A stretch of DNA of 62,690 bases from a virus. The stretch covers positions 1 to 62,690 of the IMG/VR virus record IMGVR_UViG_3300048915_000098; one strand, 5' to 3'. Under the pieces are notes generated by a model. It worked only from the letters and a program-made list of their open reading frames with translations. It was not told where the DNA came from and searched no databases. A program made the position numbers and the translations under genes. Position 1 is the first letter of the stretch. Each line of letters starts with the position of its first letter. This document shows positions 25,001 through 32,693 of this stretch, one piece after another.

Positions 25001-28000
25001 CTTGCGGCCCGGCTCGACCTGGCCGCTGAAGTCGGGGCGCGCGACCATCCGCTCCATCGCGTTGGCCCCTGTGTGGAACGCTCGATTCGTCTGGACGATG
25101 TCGGAGTCGACCTCGCCACCTGTCTCTGCGGCGTACTTGTGGGCGAGCATCGCCGGAATCGCGTTGCGTCCGCTTGCCTCCTCGGCGTGGGGATACGCAT
25201 AGACGATTCCCGGGCCAAGCTTTCGTGCAGCTTCGATGTCCTCTGCCTTGACCAGCGCGTTGACCACGCGCACCGCGGCATCGGGGTCGCCAGCCTTCGC
25301 CGCCTTGTAGTCGGGCTGGGCTTTCAGGTCGTCGACCGCAACACCGCCGCCGAGCTCCTTCGCGCCCTCGGGGATTCCCTGCTCACGCACCGGCCGCGAG
25401 GTAGCCGGCACAAGGTCGCCCGCCACCTCGCCTCCGCCGGCGTCCGCCTCGACCGCGCGCCGCGCGCGCGCCAGCAGCGCCGCCGTCTCGGCCTCCGTCA
25501 TCTTCTCCAGTTGGTCGGCGACGCTATGCAGGCCCACGCTGCGCAGCCACTCCTGGATCTTGGCCATGAGCTTCTGCAGCCCGCGGATCGGCTCGCCGCG
25601 GCCGGCGCGGTCGGCCAGCGCCTCCTCGGTGGACAGCGCGCGGACGACCCGCATGGCTGCCTCCTGCGACAGCCCGCGGCTCATGCGGTCGGCGATGGCG
25701 CCGCGGCCGTGGGCTTGCATCCACGCCTCCGCCTCCTTCGCCAACTCCGGATTGGCCTGGCGGAGCTTGTACATCTCGGCGAAGTAGGTGGCGTCCGAGC
25801 CGAGCACCTTGCGGATCCCGTAGTGGCCCAGCACCTCGTGGAACAGCGCGGCCTGCGCCATCGGCACGTCCTTCAGGCGACTGGCGATGAGGTAGACGTC
25901 GCCGGGATCGCTGCCGCGGCCGGGCATCAGCAGCGCGCGGGTCTTGCCCTCGGCGCCCATCGAGCGCAGAGAATCCTGGATGTGGTTCGGCAGGCCGTTG
26001 ACGTCATCGACGACGTGCACCGGAGGCGCGTCCTTCCAGCCGGCTTGGATGCGGGTGACCTCGGCGCGCAGGACATCAGGGGAGACGCCCTTGCGCACTG
26101 GCTCAGTCGACTGCTTCAACCGAATGTCAGCGCTTTCCGGATCGAAGGTGCCGCGGTTGCCGATCGCGCTCTTGACCTGCTCGGGATCGAAGGCGATGAA
26201 AACGCGGTGCTTGGTGCTGTCACCCTTGATGCGGCCGCCGCCGATGTGCGTGATGCCGTCGTAGCCCATCGACCGCAGGCCTTCCTGCATGATTTCGGCG
26301 CCCTCCCACTTGGGCAGGCCTTCGTCGATCAGGTGATCCTCGGCGATCCTGTAGAAGTCCTCATTGGTGTACGTCTCGCCGTTGCGCGGCTTGCGGTCGG
26401 TGTTTTCGAAGTCAACGTCAGGGAAGGCCTTTTGCCACGCAGACAACTCGCGCGTGACAGGCTTGTCCATGTCGATCGGGTTCTTGATCGACAGGTGCAC
26501 CGGGTAAACGGTAGGCGACTTGCCCTTGCCCTTCGTCGTGTAGTCGCTGGCGATCTTCGGGTCAGCGGTGAAGTAGGAGCCCTGGCCGAACAGCCCGTGC
26601 TCGGAGGCATAGGAGTCAAACGCCGAGAAGGCGTCGCCGTCCTCGGTCTTGCTCGTGCCGTGGAACATCACCTGCGGCTCGCCGTGCTCATCGACGACCT
26701 TGCTGTCGCCGAACCACTTCTTGAACTCCGGAGTGCTGGTGGTGCGCCGCGCGAGTTCCGCGCGAGCAACGTCCCGCGCACGCGCGGTGGCAGCGGCGGA
26801 GTCAACGATCTTCGCGAGCTTCTCGTCCGCCCACTGGTCGACCGGCTTTCCGAGCAGCCGCGGCGCAGGCTCGGCCGGCATCAGTGCCGCGTCGGCTCCG
26901 CCTCCAACGTCCACAGCAGCAGGCGCTCGAGCACCGGCTGCAGGTGCGGCGGCATCTCCACCGACTCCTCGTGCTCCGGCGACATCAGCATTCGATCCCA
27001 GATCTCCGCCGCTTGCGACAGCAGGACCACCTCCGCCATCACCGGCTCCAGCAGGTACTCCGGCAGGCTCTGCCACGTCAGGCTGTGCGCGCTCATCGGT
27101 CGGGCTCCATTGCGTGATGTCGCCCAGCGGCTTCGACTTGACGCCGTCGCGCACCCAGGCCTTGAAGGCGTCCATCGGCAGTGGGGTGATCGCGCCCAAG
27201 CCGTTCCACCCGTCGGCGTAGTTCGCGGCGTAGAGCTGGCGCGCCTGCGCCTCGCTGTCGGCGCCCAGGATGGTCTTGGGCTCGTCGAACTTGCCGGTGG
27301 CGGGGTCGACCTGGTCGATGACGTAGGCGATCTTCGATTCGGGATTCGGGCCGATGAAGGTGTCGACGTGATCGCCGTCGTTTGCCCTGGTGCCGCGGAT
27401 AAACCCATAGTGGGCCTGCATCTCGTTCGACCACGGCTTGCCATCCGGATCGACGCCGGACCGCACAGAGCCTTGCGGGTTCTCGATGGTGATGTCCAGC
27501 CCGTGCAGTTGGACGTGGCCCATCGGGTAGTTGCCCGCTGCCTTCTGCGCGTCGGTCGGCTCCGGCCGGTCGTTGAATGGTGACGTGGCGGCCTGGTGCG
27601 CGGCGTCGGCGATGTCGTTCGCCTGCGCCATCGCAGTCGGCGCGATCGGCGCAGGTGCAGCATCCTCGGGGGCGGCTGCATCGTGGGCCGGCGTGGGTTC
27701 CGGCGGCCGGATGGCGGCGAGCTGGTCGGCCACGCTCGACTTTCCCGCCTTCGGTGTCGGCGCGGCCGCGGGCTGCTCCGGCTGTTGCGCGGCGACGCGC
27801 TGAGCCAGCGCGTCCCGGAACGCTCCGGGTGCGCCGGGCTTGGTCGTCAGACCGTTGGCCTCCATGCGGTGGAACGCGCGCGCGACGAAGGTGGCTGCGT
27901 CCTGCGGATCACGCTGGGCGGCAGCCTCGCGCAGCGCGGCGGTTGCCTTCGGGGACAGGCCGACGGTTCGCGCGGCCTCATCGATCGAGTCGTGCAGGGT

Positions 28001-29317
28001 GTCCAGGCCAATCGGCCCGGGTGCCGGCGGCGCGGCCGCAGTCGTGTCGGCTGTCGTGGTCGGCGTCGCATCGGCCGGCGGCGGGTTCGCGCTGTCGATC
28101 TCGCGCGCCGCCGCGGCGTTGCCGTCGCCGTGCGCCAGCGAGTGCGCAGCATGGAACAGGTGGCCGGCGGCCAGCGGCACGCCCGGCACAGCCAGCGTCA
28201 GGAGCGTGGCGGATTTCGCCGTCGCGGCGATGTCGTGCAGCATGTCGTCGGCGGACATGTTCGGCTTGAGGCCGCCCGGCGCCATCTTGTCGTACAGGTC
28301 GCCCAGGACGGTCGTCGCCTCCATCCCGCCCACGTTCGTGGTCAGCGCGTGGCCGAGCGCGGCGATGGCCTGGCCAGCCGGTGCGCCCGACACCGCCTTC
28401 GTCAGCGCGCCGGTCAAGCCTGGAACCTGCGTGCGCAGCCCGACGTAGTTCGCCAACGCCATGGCCGTGCCGCGGCTGACCGCTTCGCCGGGCGAGTCGC
28501 CGGCCTGCCGCGCGTCGGCGTACCCGTCGACGCCGGCCTGCGTGACCATCGCCCCGAGGCCGGCCGGCCCTGCCACCAGCGGCGCGAGACTGAAGACGCC
28601 GGCCACGGTCTTGACCGTGTCGGAATCCTCGTTGCCCTGCATCGCGCGGTTGATGCGCGCGTCGGCGGCGGCCTGGTACTGCCGGCCGAGAGTGCGCAGG
28701 CCTTCGGTGTCGGTGACCTCGCCCGCGGTGGTCATCAGGTTGGCCAGCGTCTTGCCGGCCTGCCCTGCCGCGGCGTTGTAGCCGGCCTGCACCGGGTTCT
28801 GAGGGATGTCGTCCCAGGCCTTGCGGCGCGCGGCCGCCTGGTCGATCGCGACGGCTTCCGTGTGCGGGATCACCGGCTTGGTGACCGGCGCGGGCGGCCC
28901 GACGGGAATACCGCCCGCCGAGGCCGCGTCGATCATGTCGGCATGGGACATCGGCGCAGGTGCAGGGGGCGGCGCGGCCACGGTCGACGTCGCGAATGGG
29001 CTTTCTCCCGCTTCGCTGGAATGCGCGAGCGAGGCCAGCCCGGACTTCACGCTGTCGACGGCGCCGGACGCGGCGTCCGCGACGCTCGCGGCGGCCGACT
29101 TGATCGTGCCCATGACTGAATCGGCGAGCGATGGCGCGGGCGCTGCGGCGGCCGCGGGGGGCGCCGCCTGCCGGCCGCCGTCGATGTTGGCGATCCCGCG
29201 GCCACCGAAGTCCGTCGCGGCGCGCGCGGCGACGTCACCCGGGGTCAGGTCATCGGGAGCGTTCTGGTAGACGTGGCTGGTGCCGTCGGCGAAGGTGACC
29301 GTGATGTTGCGCGGCAT
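22019..29317 (-). CDS. Giant polyvalent virion/ejection protein (2,432 aa)
   Basis: One uninterrupted ORF. Pyrophosphatase-like motif DGDHVDTFIG (27350..27379). ART-like WFGDSKVVDEHGEPQVMFHGT (26654..26716). HEVLGH (25823..25840). PRTase-like VVVDDVTTMGGT (24962..24997). Hydrophobic C-terminal third. Confidence 0.9.
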   Translation of the reverse strand: MPRNITVTFADGTSHVYQNAPDDLTPGDVAARAATDFGGRGIANIDGGRQAAPPAAAAAPAPSLADSVMGTIKSAAASVADAASGAVDSVKSGLASLAHSSEAGESPFATSTVAAPPPAPAPMSHADMIDAASAGGIPVGPPAPVTKPVIPHTEAVAIDQAAARRKAWDDIPQNPVQAGYNAAAGQAGKTLANLMTTAGEVTDTEGLRTLGRQYQAAADARINRAMQGNEDSDTVKTVAGVFSLAPLVAGPAGLGAMVTQAGVDGYADARQAGDSPGEAVSRGTAMALANYVGLRTQVPGLTGALTKAVSGAPAGQAIAALGHALTTNVGGMEATTVLGDLYDKMAPGGLKPNMSADDMLHDIAATAKSATLLTLAVPGVPLAAGHLFHAAHSLAHGDGNAAAAREIDSANPPPADATPTTTADTTAAAPPAPGPIGLDTLHDSIDEAARTVGLSPKATAALREAAAQRDPQDAATFVARAFHRMEANGLTTKPGAPGAFRDALAQRVAAQQPEQPAAAPTPKAGKSSVADQLAAIRPPEPTPAHDAAAPEDAAPAPIAPTAMAQANDIADAAHQAATSPFNDRPEPTDAQKAAGNYPMGHVQLHGLDITIENPQGSVRSGVDPDGKPWSNEMQAHYGFIRGTRANDGDHVDTFIGPNPESKIAYVIDQVDPATGKFDEPKTILGADSEAQARQLYAANYADGWNGLGAITPLPMDAFKAWVRDGVKSKPLGDITQWSPTDERAQPDVAEPAGVPAGAGDGGGGPAVASGGDLGSNADVAGARGVGGDAAAPAAGARAPAAVDVGGGADAALMPAEPAPRLLGKPVDQWADEKLAKIVDSAAATARARDVARAELARRTTSTPEFKKWFGDSKVVDEHGEPQVMFHGTSKTEDGDAFSAFDSYASEHGLFGQGSYFTADPKIASDYTTKGKGKSPTVYPVHLSIKNPIDMDKPVTRELSAWQKAFPDVDFENTDRKPRNGETYTNEDFYRIAEDHLIDEGLPKWEGAEIMQEGLRSMGYDGITHIGGGRIKGDSTKHRVFIAFDPEQVKSAIGNRGTFDPESADIRLKQSTEPVRKGVSPDVLRAEVTRIQAGWKDAPPVHVVDDVNGLPNHIQDSLRSMGAEGKTRALLMPGRGSDPGDVYLIASRLKDVPMAQAALFHEVLGHYGIRKVLGSDATYFAEMYKLRQANPELAKEAEAWMQAHGRGAIADRMSRGLSQEAAMRVVRALSTEEALADRAGRGEPIRGLQKLMAKIQEWLRSVGLHSVADQLEKMTEAETAALLARARRAVEADAGGGEVAGDLVPATSRPVREQGIPEGAKELGGGVAVDDLKAQPDYKAAKAGDPDAAVRVVNALVKAEDIEAARKLGPGIVYAYPHAEEASGRNAIPAMLAHKYAAETGGEVDSDIVQTNRAFHTGANAMERMVARPDFSGQVEPGRKYVVVDDVTTMGGTLAELADHIRAGGGEVVGVATLADASRAPTMVAPKRQTAEIESRYGQTVRDELHVDPRALTGAEAGYLIGFRNADELRNRVAAAAQAHAERVRQEGVRQSDAGGDAPLLSQHAGDESGDVPDIHEPSKLAEVFGKVREAAATAADAARKLRDEAVRITAPMALGTDQTRALVKDFANADRLARWQWDKFDSVIAKNYDEAQRREMWEAADQEGVLRQQGKEPGPGEGLNRLTPDQRATVDALHNYGESLLQRAKAVGMFEGEGLPYWTPRMAVMIDGAGEYSRPKGGNVEGSGTQGRNIVTTASSLKGRKHLTAEDTEAAMKGKLGEGAQLVRDIRTMPLAMSRLERAIAGRELVNQIKAYGDKAGMKTVSTSEEPGFVTFDSPALKTWRVTSNEDGSKTFERVPLYVSKDFEGPLKAVMTEKPNEIYNALMALKGKSMGLIMYSPLIHNAVEWGRALPAMPGKVATFQIYFEGNRIKNDPAQMRQAISDGLVPIGRRGGIQDITGIMEDPSLTPGRSWTAKLIGGALGLASEKAGTAAKKAIDRAGDIWHNTLLWDRVGDLQAGLYGSIREHEISKGMDPAAAGKVAAHFANRFAGALPNEAMSVAARRTANLLMFSRTFTLGNMGLMKDMMTGLPRDVRAQIKVSAGELAAAAATSRARRIAIASFILDIGLMYVGNSLMQSAFEHWKDKKTWGDVGQGYAERLHKLLKRAGDHPLDTLSNPFDAVNALSSTSENEPGKEDRIRVGTSADGTAIYMRLPTGKVGEDFKNWITKPLVTAKAKESQLVRPLQQVWNNDNGIGQRIYDPDAPGLGGVLTNAGRIAKLFATQMIPADAIAGAWDWKKGTATDVDKLKTVGPFAGLTFSKGAPGGPAVGQMYAADRKFEGAKMDVMPQVKQAIKDGDDDKAIALLEGIKMPPSQIMTTLRHLQMPESRLSAGAFRRFSQRASDDDLEKMNELLDAERKREAVKTEKAAATADED

Positions 29318-29320
29318 GGC

Positions 29321-30619
29321 TTACCAGTTCGACACCGAGGGAACGGCTGCGCTGGCGGCCGGCTTGGGCACGAGGCCGGGCGCCGGGCCCGGAGCCGGCG
29401 GCGGCGTACCGGACAAAGCCTGCATCGCCGCGGCTCGCAGGTCGGCATCGCTCTTGTTCATGTTGTGGGGATCCTGGCGGGCAGCCCGTACCAGCCCGTC
29501 GACGCGCTTGGCGTACTCGCCCGATCGCACCGGCTGACCATTGACGGTCGCCCGCTGCATCGAGCCGTCCTTGAAGACGTTGACGACGTAACCGTCTGCG
29601 TCGGTGATGGTCTTTTGCACCTTCTTGGCGCCATCGACCCCGCCGCCGGCGCGGATCCCCGCCGCGTCGACGCGGCCCTGCGCGGTGATCCCCGCAGCCT
29701 CCGTCTCCGCGCCAGCGCGGATGCCGGCCGCGCCGAGGGTGGCCTTGTTGTTGCCTTCGGCGACCTTCTCGCGGCTGGTGTTTTCGAGGCCGATGCCCTG
29801 CAGGTGGAAGCCGCCCTTCACGTTCTCCGTGAGCCGGTCCTGCTCGCCCTTGGCCTGGGCTTCGATCTTCTTGGCGTTCGCCTCCTGGGCAGCCTTGGCC
29901 GCCAACAGGCGCGACTCGTACTCGTACTTCGCCGCGTCGGCCGGATTCATCATCACGTCGTGCGCCATGCTCGCGATCTGATCGCCGGTCAGGGTATGGG
30001 TCTGGCCGTCAGAAGTGGAGATCCTGTAGACGGGCGTGGTCGGCTGCGGCTTGAACTGCGTCGGGTCGTTGCCGGCCGCCACCCAGGCCTGGCGCTGTTG
30101 CTGGATGGCAGGGCTGGCGCCATCCGTGCCGCCCGCCCCGTTGTCCACCGTGATGCCGGTGATGTCGACGCCATCGTGCACCGTCGGATAGACGGTCTGC
30201 GCCAGCGCGGCGCCGTCTCCCGTTGCCTGGTAGTCGGCCAGCGCCTTGCCGATCACCTGCTGGCGGATCTGGTTGCGAATCGGCGCCGTAGCCGCTTCGT
30301 TCTTCGTCCACAGATCGAGGTCGCCGCTCTTGGCAATCGCGTCGCTGCGGGCATGCAGGCCGGCCAGCAGCACGGGTGCCGACATCTGGAACGGCTTGGG
30401 CTGGAACGTCGACGGGTCATTGCCGGCGTCCGTCCACGCCTTCTGCTGCTGGGCGATGTCCTGGTCGTGGGCGTCCTGCAGCGCCTGCGCACCGGCGGCG
30501 TTCGCGTCATTGATGACCTGCAGTTGCTTGTTCTGCATCGCCTGCTGCTTTTGCTGGTCATTCCAGGCGACGCCCTCCTGGTAGCCACGAAGGGCGTTCG
30601 TCAACCCGAGTCCGCTCAT
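29321..30619 (-). CDS. Internal-virion-like protein (432 aa, Gln/Ala/Gly-rich)
   Basis: ORF-track ORF, directly upstream of the giant gene. Internal repeat QKAWTDAGNDPSTFQPKP / RQAWVAAGNDPTQFKPQP. Confidence 0.7.
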   Translation of the reverse strand: MSGLGLTNALRGYQEGVAWNDQQKQQAMQNKQLQVINDANAAGAQALQDAHDQDIAQQQKAWTDAGNDPSTFQPKPFQMSAPVLLAGLHARSDAIAKSGDLDLWTKNEAATAPIRNQIRQQVIGKALADYQATGDGAALAQTVYPTVHDGVDITGITVDNGAGGTDGASPAIQQQRQAWVAAGNDPTQFKPQPTTPVYRISTSDGQTHTLTGDQIASMAHDVMMNPADAAKYEYESRLLAAKAAQEANAKKIEAQAKGEQDRLTENVKGGFHLQGIGLENTSREKVAEGNNKATLGAAGIRAGAETEAAGITAQGRVDAAGIRAGGGVDGAKKVQKTITDADGYVVNVFKDGSMQRATVNGQPVRSGEYAKRVDGLVRAARQDPHNMNKSDADLRAAAMQALSGTPPPAPGPAPGLVPKPAASAAVPSVSNW

Positions 30620-31515
30620 GCTGTTCCTTTCGCGGCGCGGCGCGCCTTGGCCGCGGCGATCTGCTTGCCGAGGCTGTCGATCTGCTTCTTCAGTTCCTGG
30701 ATGGCAGCGATGTGCACGCCGTTGGTGTCGACCGGGTGCGCGCAGTCCAGGCCGCGCTGCATGGCCGCCTGCGTGGCGCCGCGTGTCTTGACCGACTTCG
30801 ACGACTGCGCGATCTGCTGGTCGAGCTGCGACACCAGCCCGGCGTAGCCTTCGGCCCCCTGCACGGTCACGGGCTGCACCATCGGCTGCTGGCGCCTGCG
30901 CTGCTGTTGCTGGGGTCGGAACTGCTGTTGCCCGACGGTCGGAGCCTCTTGCGCGGGGCCGTAGCCCTGAGTGAGCCCAGGTTCCGCACCTTCAGCGTCG
31001 ACGGCAGCCGAGTCCGCTGCAGCCAGGCCGGCCACGTCACCCCCGCCAGCGCTGGCACCGACATCACCGGCCGTCAGGCCCAGGCCGGTGGAGGCGGCCG
31101 ACGAATCAGCGGCCCCGAGCGTCCCGGCAGAACCTCCCATGGCGGTGCCTTCACCACCGGCAGCAAGCCCTCCGCCGCCTGCACCACCAGCACCGCCAGC
31201 GGCCCCGCCCCCACCAAGCGCTGCACCACCCGCCATCGCGCCCGCGACGATGGCCAGTGCATCCCCCGGCTTGCTGGCGATGATGTCGCCCGCCCTGTTG
31301 ACGATCGGGATCTTGCGCACCGGATTGATGGTCTTGTCGACCTTGTCGAACGGCTTCATCACCGTCGACAAGCCGGAGTTGACCTTTTCCGGCAGGACGG
31401 TGCTGGTGAGCTTGGTCGACTTGCCGCCCGTGATCCAGGAGATCGGGTTCAGGTACTTGTCGCCATACCCGCCGATCTTTCCGAGGATCGAGCTGTGATC
31501 GAGCCACTTGGTCAT
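30616..31515 (-). CDS. Internal-virion-like Gly-rich protein (299 aa)
   Basis: ATGA overlap with the next gene. Long GGGGAAGGAGGAGGGG tract. C-terminal helix HIAAIQELKKQIDSL. Confidence 0.7.
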   Translation of the reverse strand: MTKWLDHSSILGKIGGYGDKYLNPISWITGGKSTKLTSTVLPEKVNSGLSTVMKPFDKVDKTINPVRKIPIVNRAGDIIASKPGDALAIVAGAMAGGAALGGGGAAGGAGGAGGGGLAAGGEGTAMGGSAGTLGAADSSAASTGLGLTAGDVGASAGGGDVAGLAAADSAAVDAEGAEPGLTQGYGPAQEAPTVGQQQFRPQQQQRRRQQPMVQPVTVQGAEGYAGLVSQLDQQIAQSSKSVKTRGATQAAMQRGLDCAHPVDTNGVHIAAIQELKKQIDSLGKQIAAAKARRAAKGTA

Positions 31516-32693
31516 GCCAGCGCCGCCAGTTCGCGCTTCATCGCCGCCACCTGCTTGGCGAGCTGTGCGATCGCCTTGCCGTTGACCTCGGACATCGCGC
31601 CCATGTCGATCGCCTTGCCGCGGGGCGCAACCGCATCACCGAACGCTGCATGCACGTCCTCGGCGTAGGGGCCGACGTGGTCGCCGGAATCCTCGACGCC
31701 CTTGTGATACTTCCAGCCGTCTACCGGCATCTTGCCGTTGGTCAGGCCCTCGAGCGCCTTCGGGCCGCTGACCCGGAGCGTGCTGGGCTTGGCCTTGACC
31801 GTCTGCTTGGCGGCCGGCGCGCCGCCGGCGACGAGGCCCTCCAACGCCGCCTTGCCGTCGACGCGCGAGATCTTGGTCTTGGCGGTCTTCGTGGACGTCG
31901 CAGTGCCGCCGTGCATCCCGTACGCCATCGCCCCTGCGCCGATCAGGTCACCGAAGAAGCCCTGATTGGCGGAGGCGGCGCCCTGCTGGAGTTGGTTGAA
32001 TCCAATGAGCCCGTTGACACCGGCACCGAAGGCTGGGGTCGAAGTTGTCAACGGTGCGGCCGTAAGACCCGATGCACCGCTCACGCTTCCTTGCGCGGCT
32101 TGGCCTGAACTTTGCGCCGCGCCAGCCGCCTGGAGGCTGGCCGTCGGCAGGCCGCGGCCGATGTTGACGGCGCTTCCCTGCAGGTTGAGGCCCGTGTTCT
32201 CGACATTCGTGCGCGCGGCATTCGCGGCCCCGGCCTTGGCCGTGGCCTCCTGCAGGTTGAGCGCGTTGTTCAATGCGAGGGCCTTGCCGCTGCCGGCCTG
32301 GACGCCGCCCGCCTGGAGCTGGTCCGCCTGCTGCGCGCGCGCCGTGTCGAACGCGGTGCCGACTTGGCCCTCCGCGGTCTGGGCGGCCTGCTCCTTGCGG
32401 CCGTCGGTGGCGTAGTCGGCCGCCTCGGTGGCGTACTGGCCTTCGAGCGGCTGGAAGTATTTGCGATAGTTCGCGTACTGGTCGGCCGCCTGCTGCGTTT
32501 CCTGCTGCTGCGCCGCGGTGTTGGAGGCGACCTGCTGCTGGAACAGCGGCATGTATTGATCGAGCAGCGCTTTCTGGTCCTGATATTCCTGCTTGCTCAG
32601 GGCGATCTGGTTCAGCGATGCTTGACCAATTTGTGGGTCTGGGGTCGGTGTTTTGACTTTGATGATGCTCTCCTTAGAGGGTGCAACCCTCAT
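31512..32693 (-). CDS. Internal-virion-like Gln-rich protein with an S74-chaperone-like C-terminus (393 aa)
   Basis: Trimmed from the 452-aa ORF. ATG 32693 lacks an obvious RBS, and a strong AAGGAG at 32671..32676 suggests the true start may be a few codons downstream. Confidence 0.65.
   Translation of the reverse strand: MRVAPSKESIIKVKTPTPDPQIGQASLNQIALSKQEYQDQKALLDQYMPLFQQQVASNTAAQQQETQQAADQYANYRKYFQPLEGQYATEAADYATDGRKEQAAQTAEGQVGTAFDTARAQQADQLQAGGVQAGSGKALALNNALNLQEATAKAGAANAARTNVENTGLNLQGSAVNIGRGLPTASLQAAGAAQSSGQAAQGSVSGASGLTAAPLTTSTPAFGAGVNGLIGFNQLQQGAASANQGFFGDLIGAGAMAYGMHGGTATSTKTAKTKISRVDGKAALEGLVAGGAPAAKQTVKAKPSTLRVSGPKALEGLTNGKMPVDGWKYHKGVEDSGDHVGPYAEDVHAAFGDAVAPRGKAIDMGAMSEVNGKAIAQLAKQVAAMKRELAALA

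Noticed and set aside
22181-27583. 1,800-aa plus-strand ORF
   Set aside because: It is antisense to the giant virion gene. The translation is Arg/Gly/His/Leu-rich low-complexity sequence with no motifs, a typical open antisense frame of a high-GC gene.
22019-29317. Giant gene as a tape measure protein (siphovirus tail)
   Set aside because: It contains enzyme-like modules and no long uniform coiled coil. No tail tube, chaperone-frameshift or baseplate genes accompany it. The module looks like a podovirus ejection-protein set.
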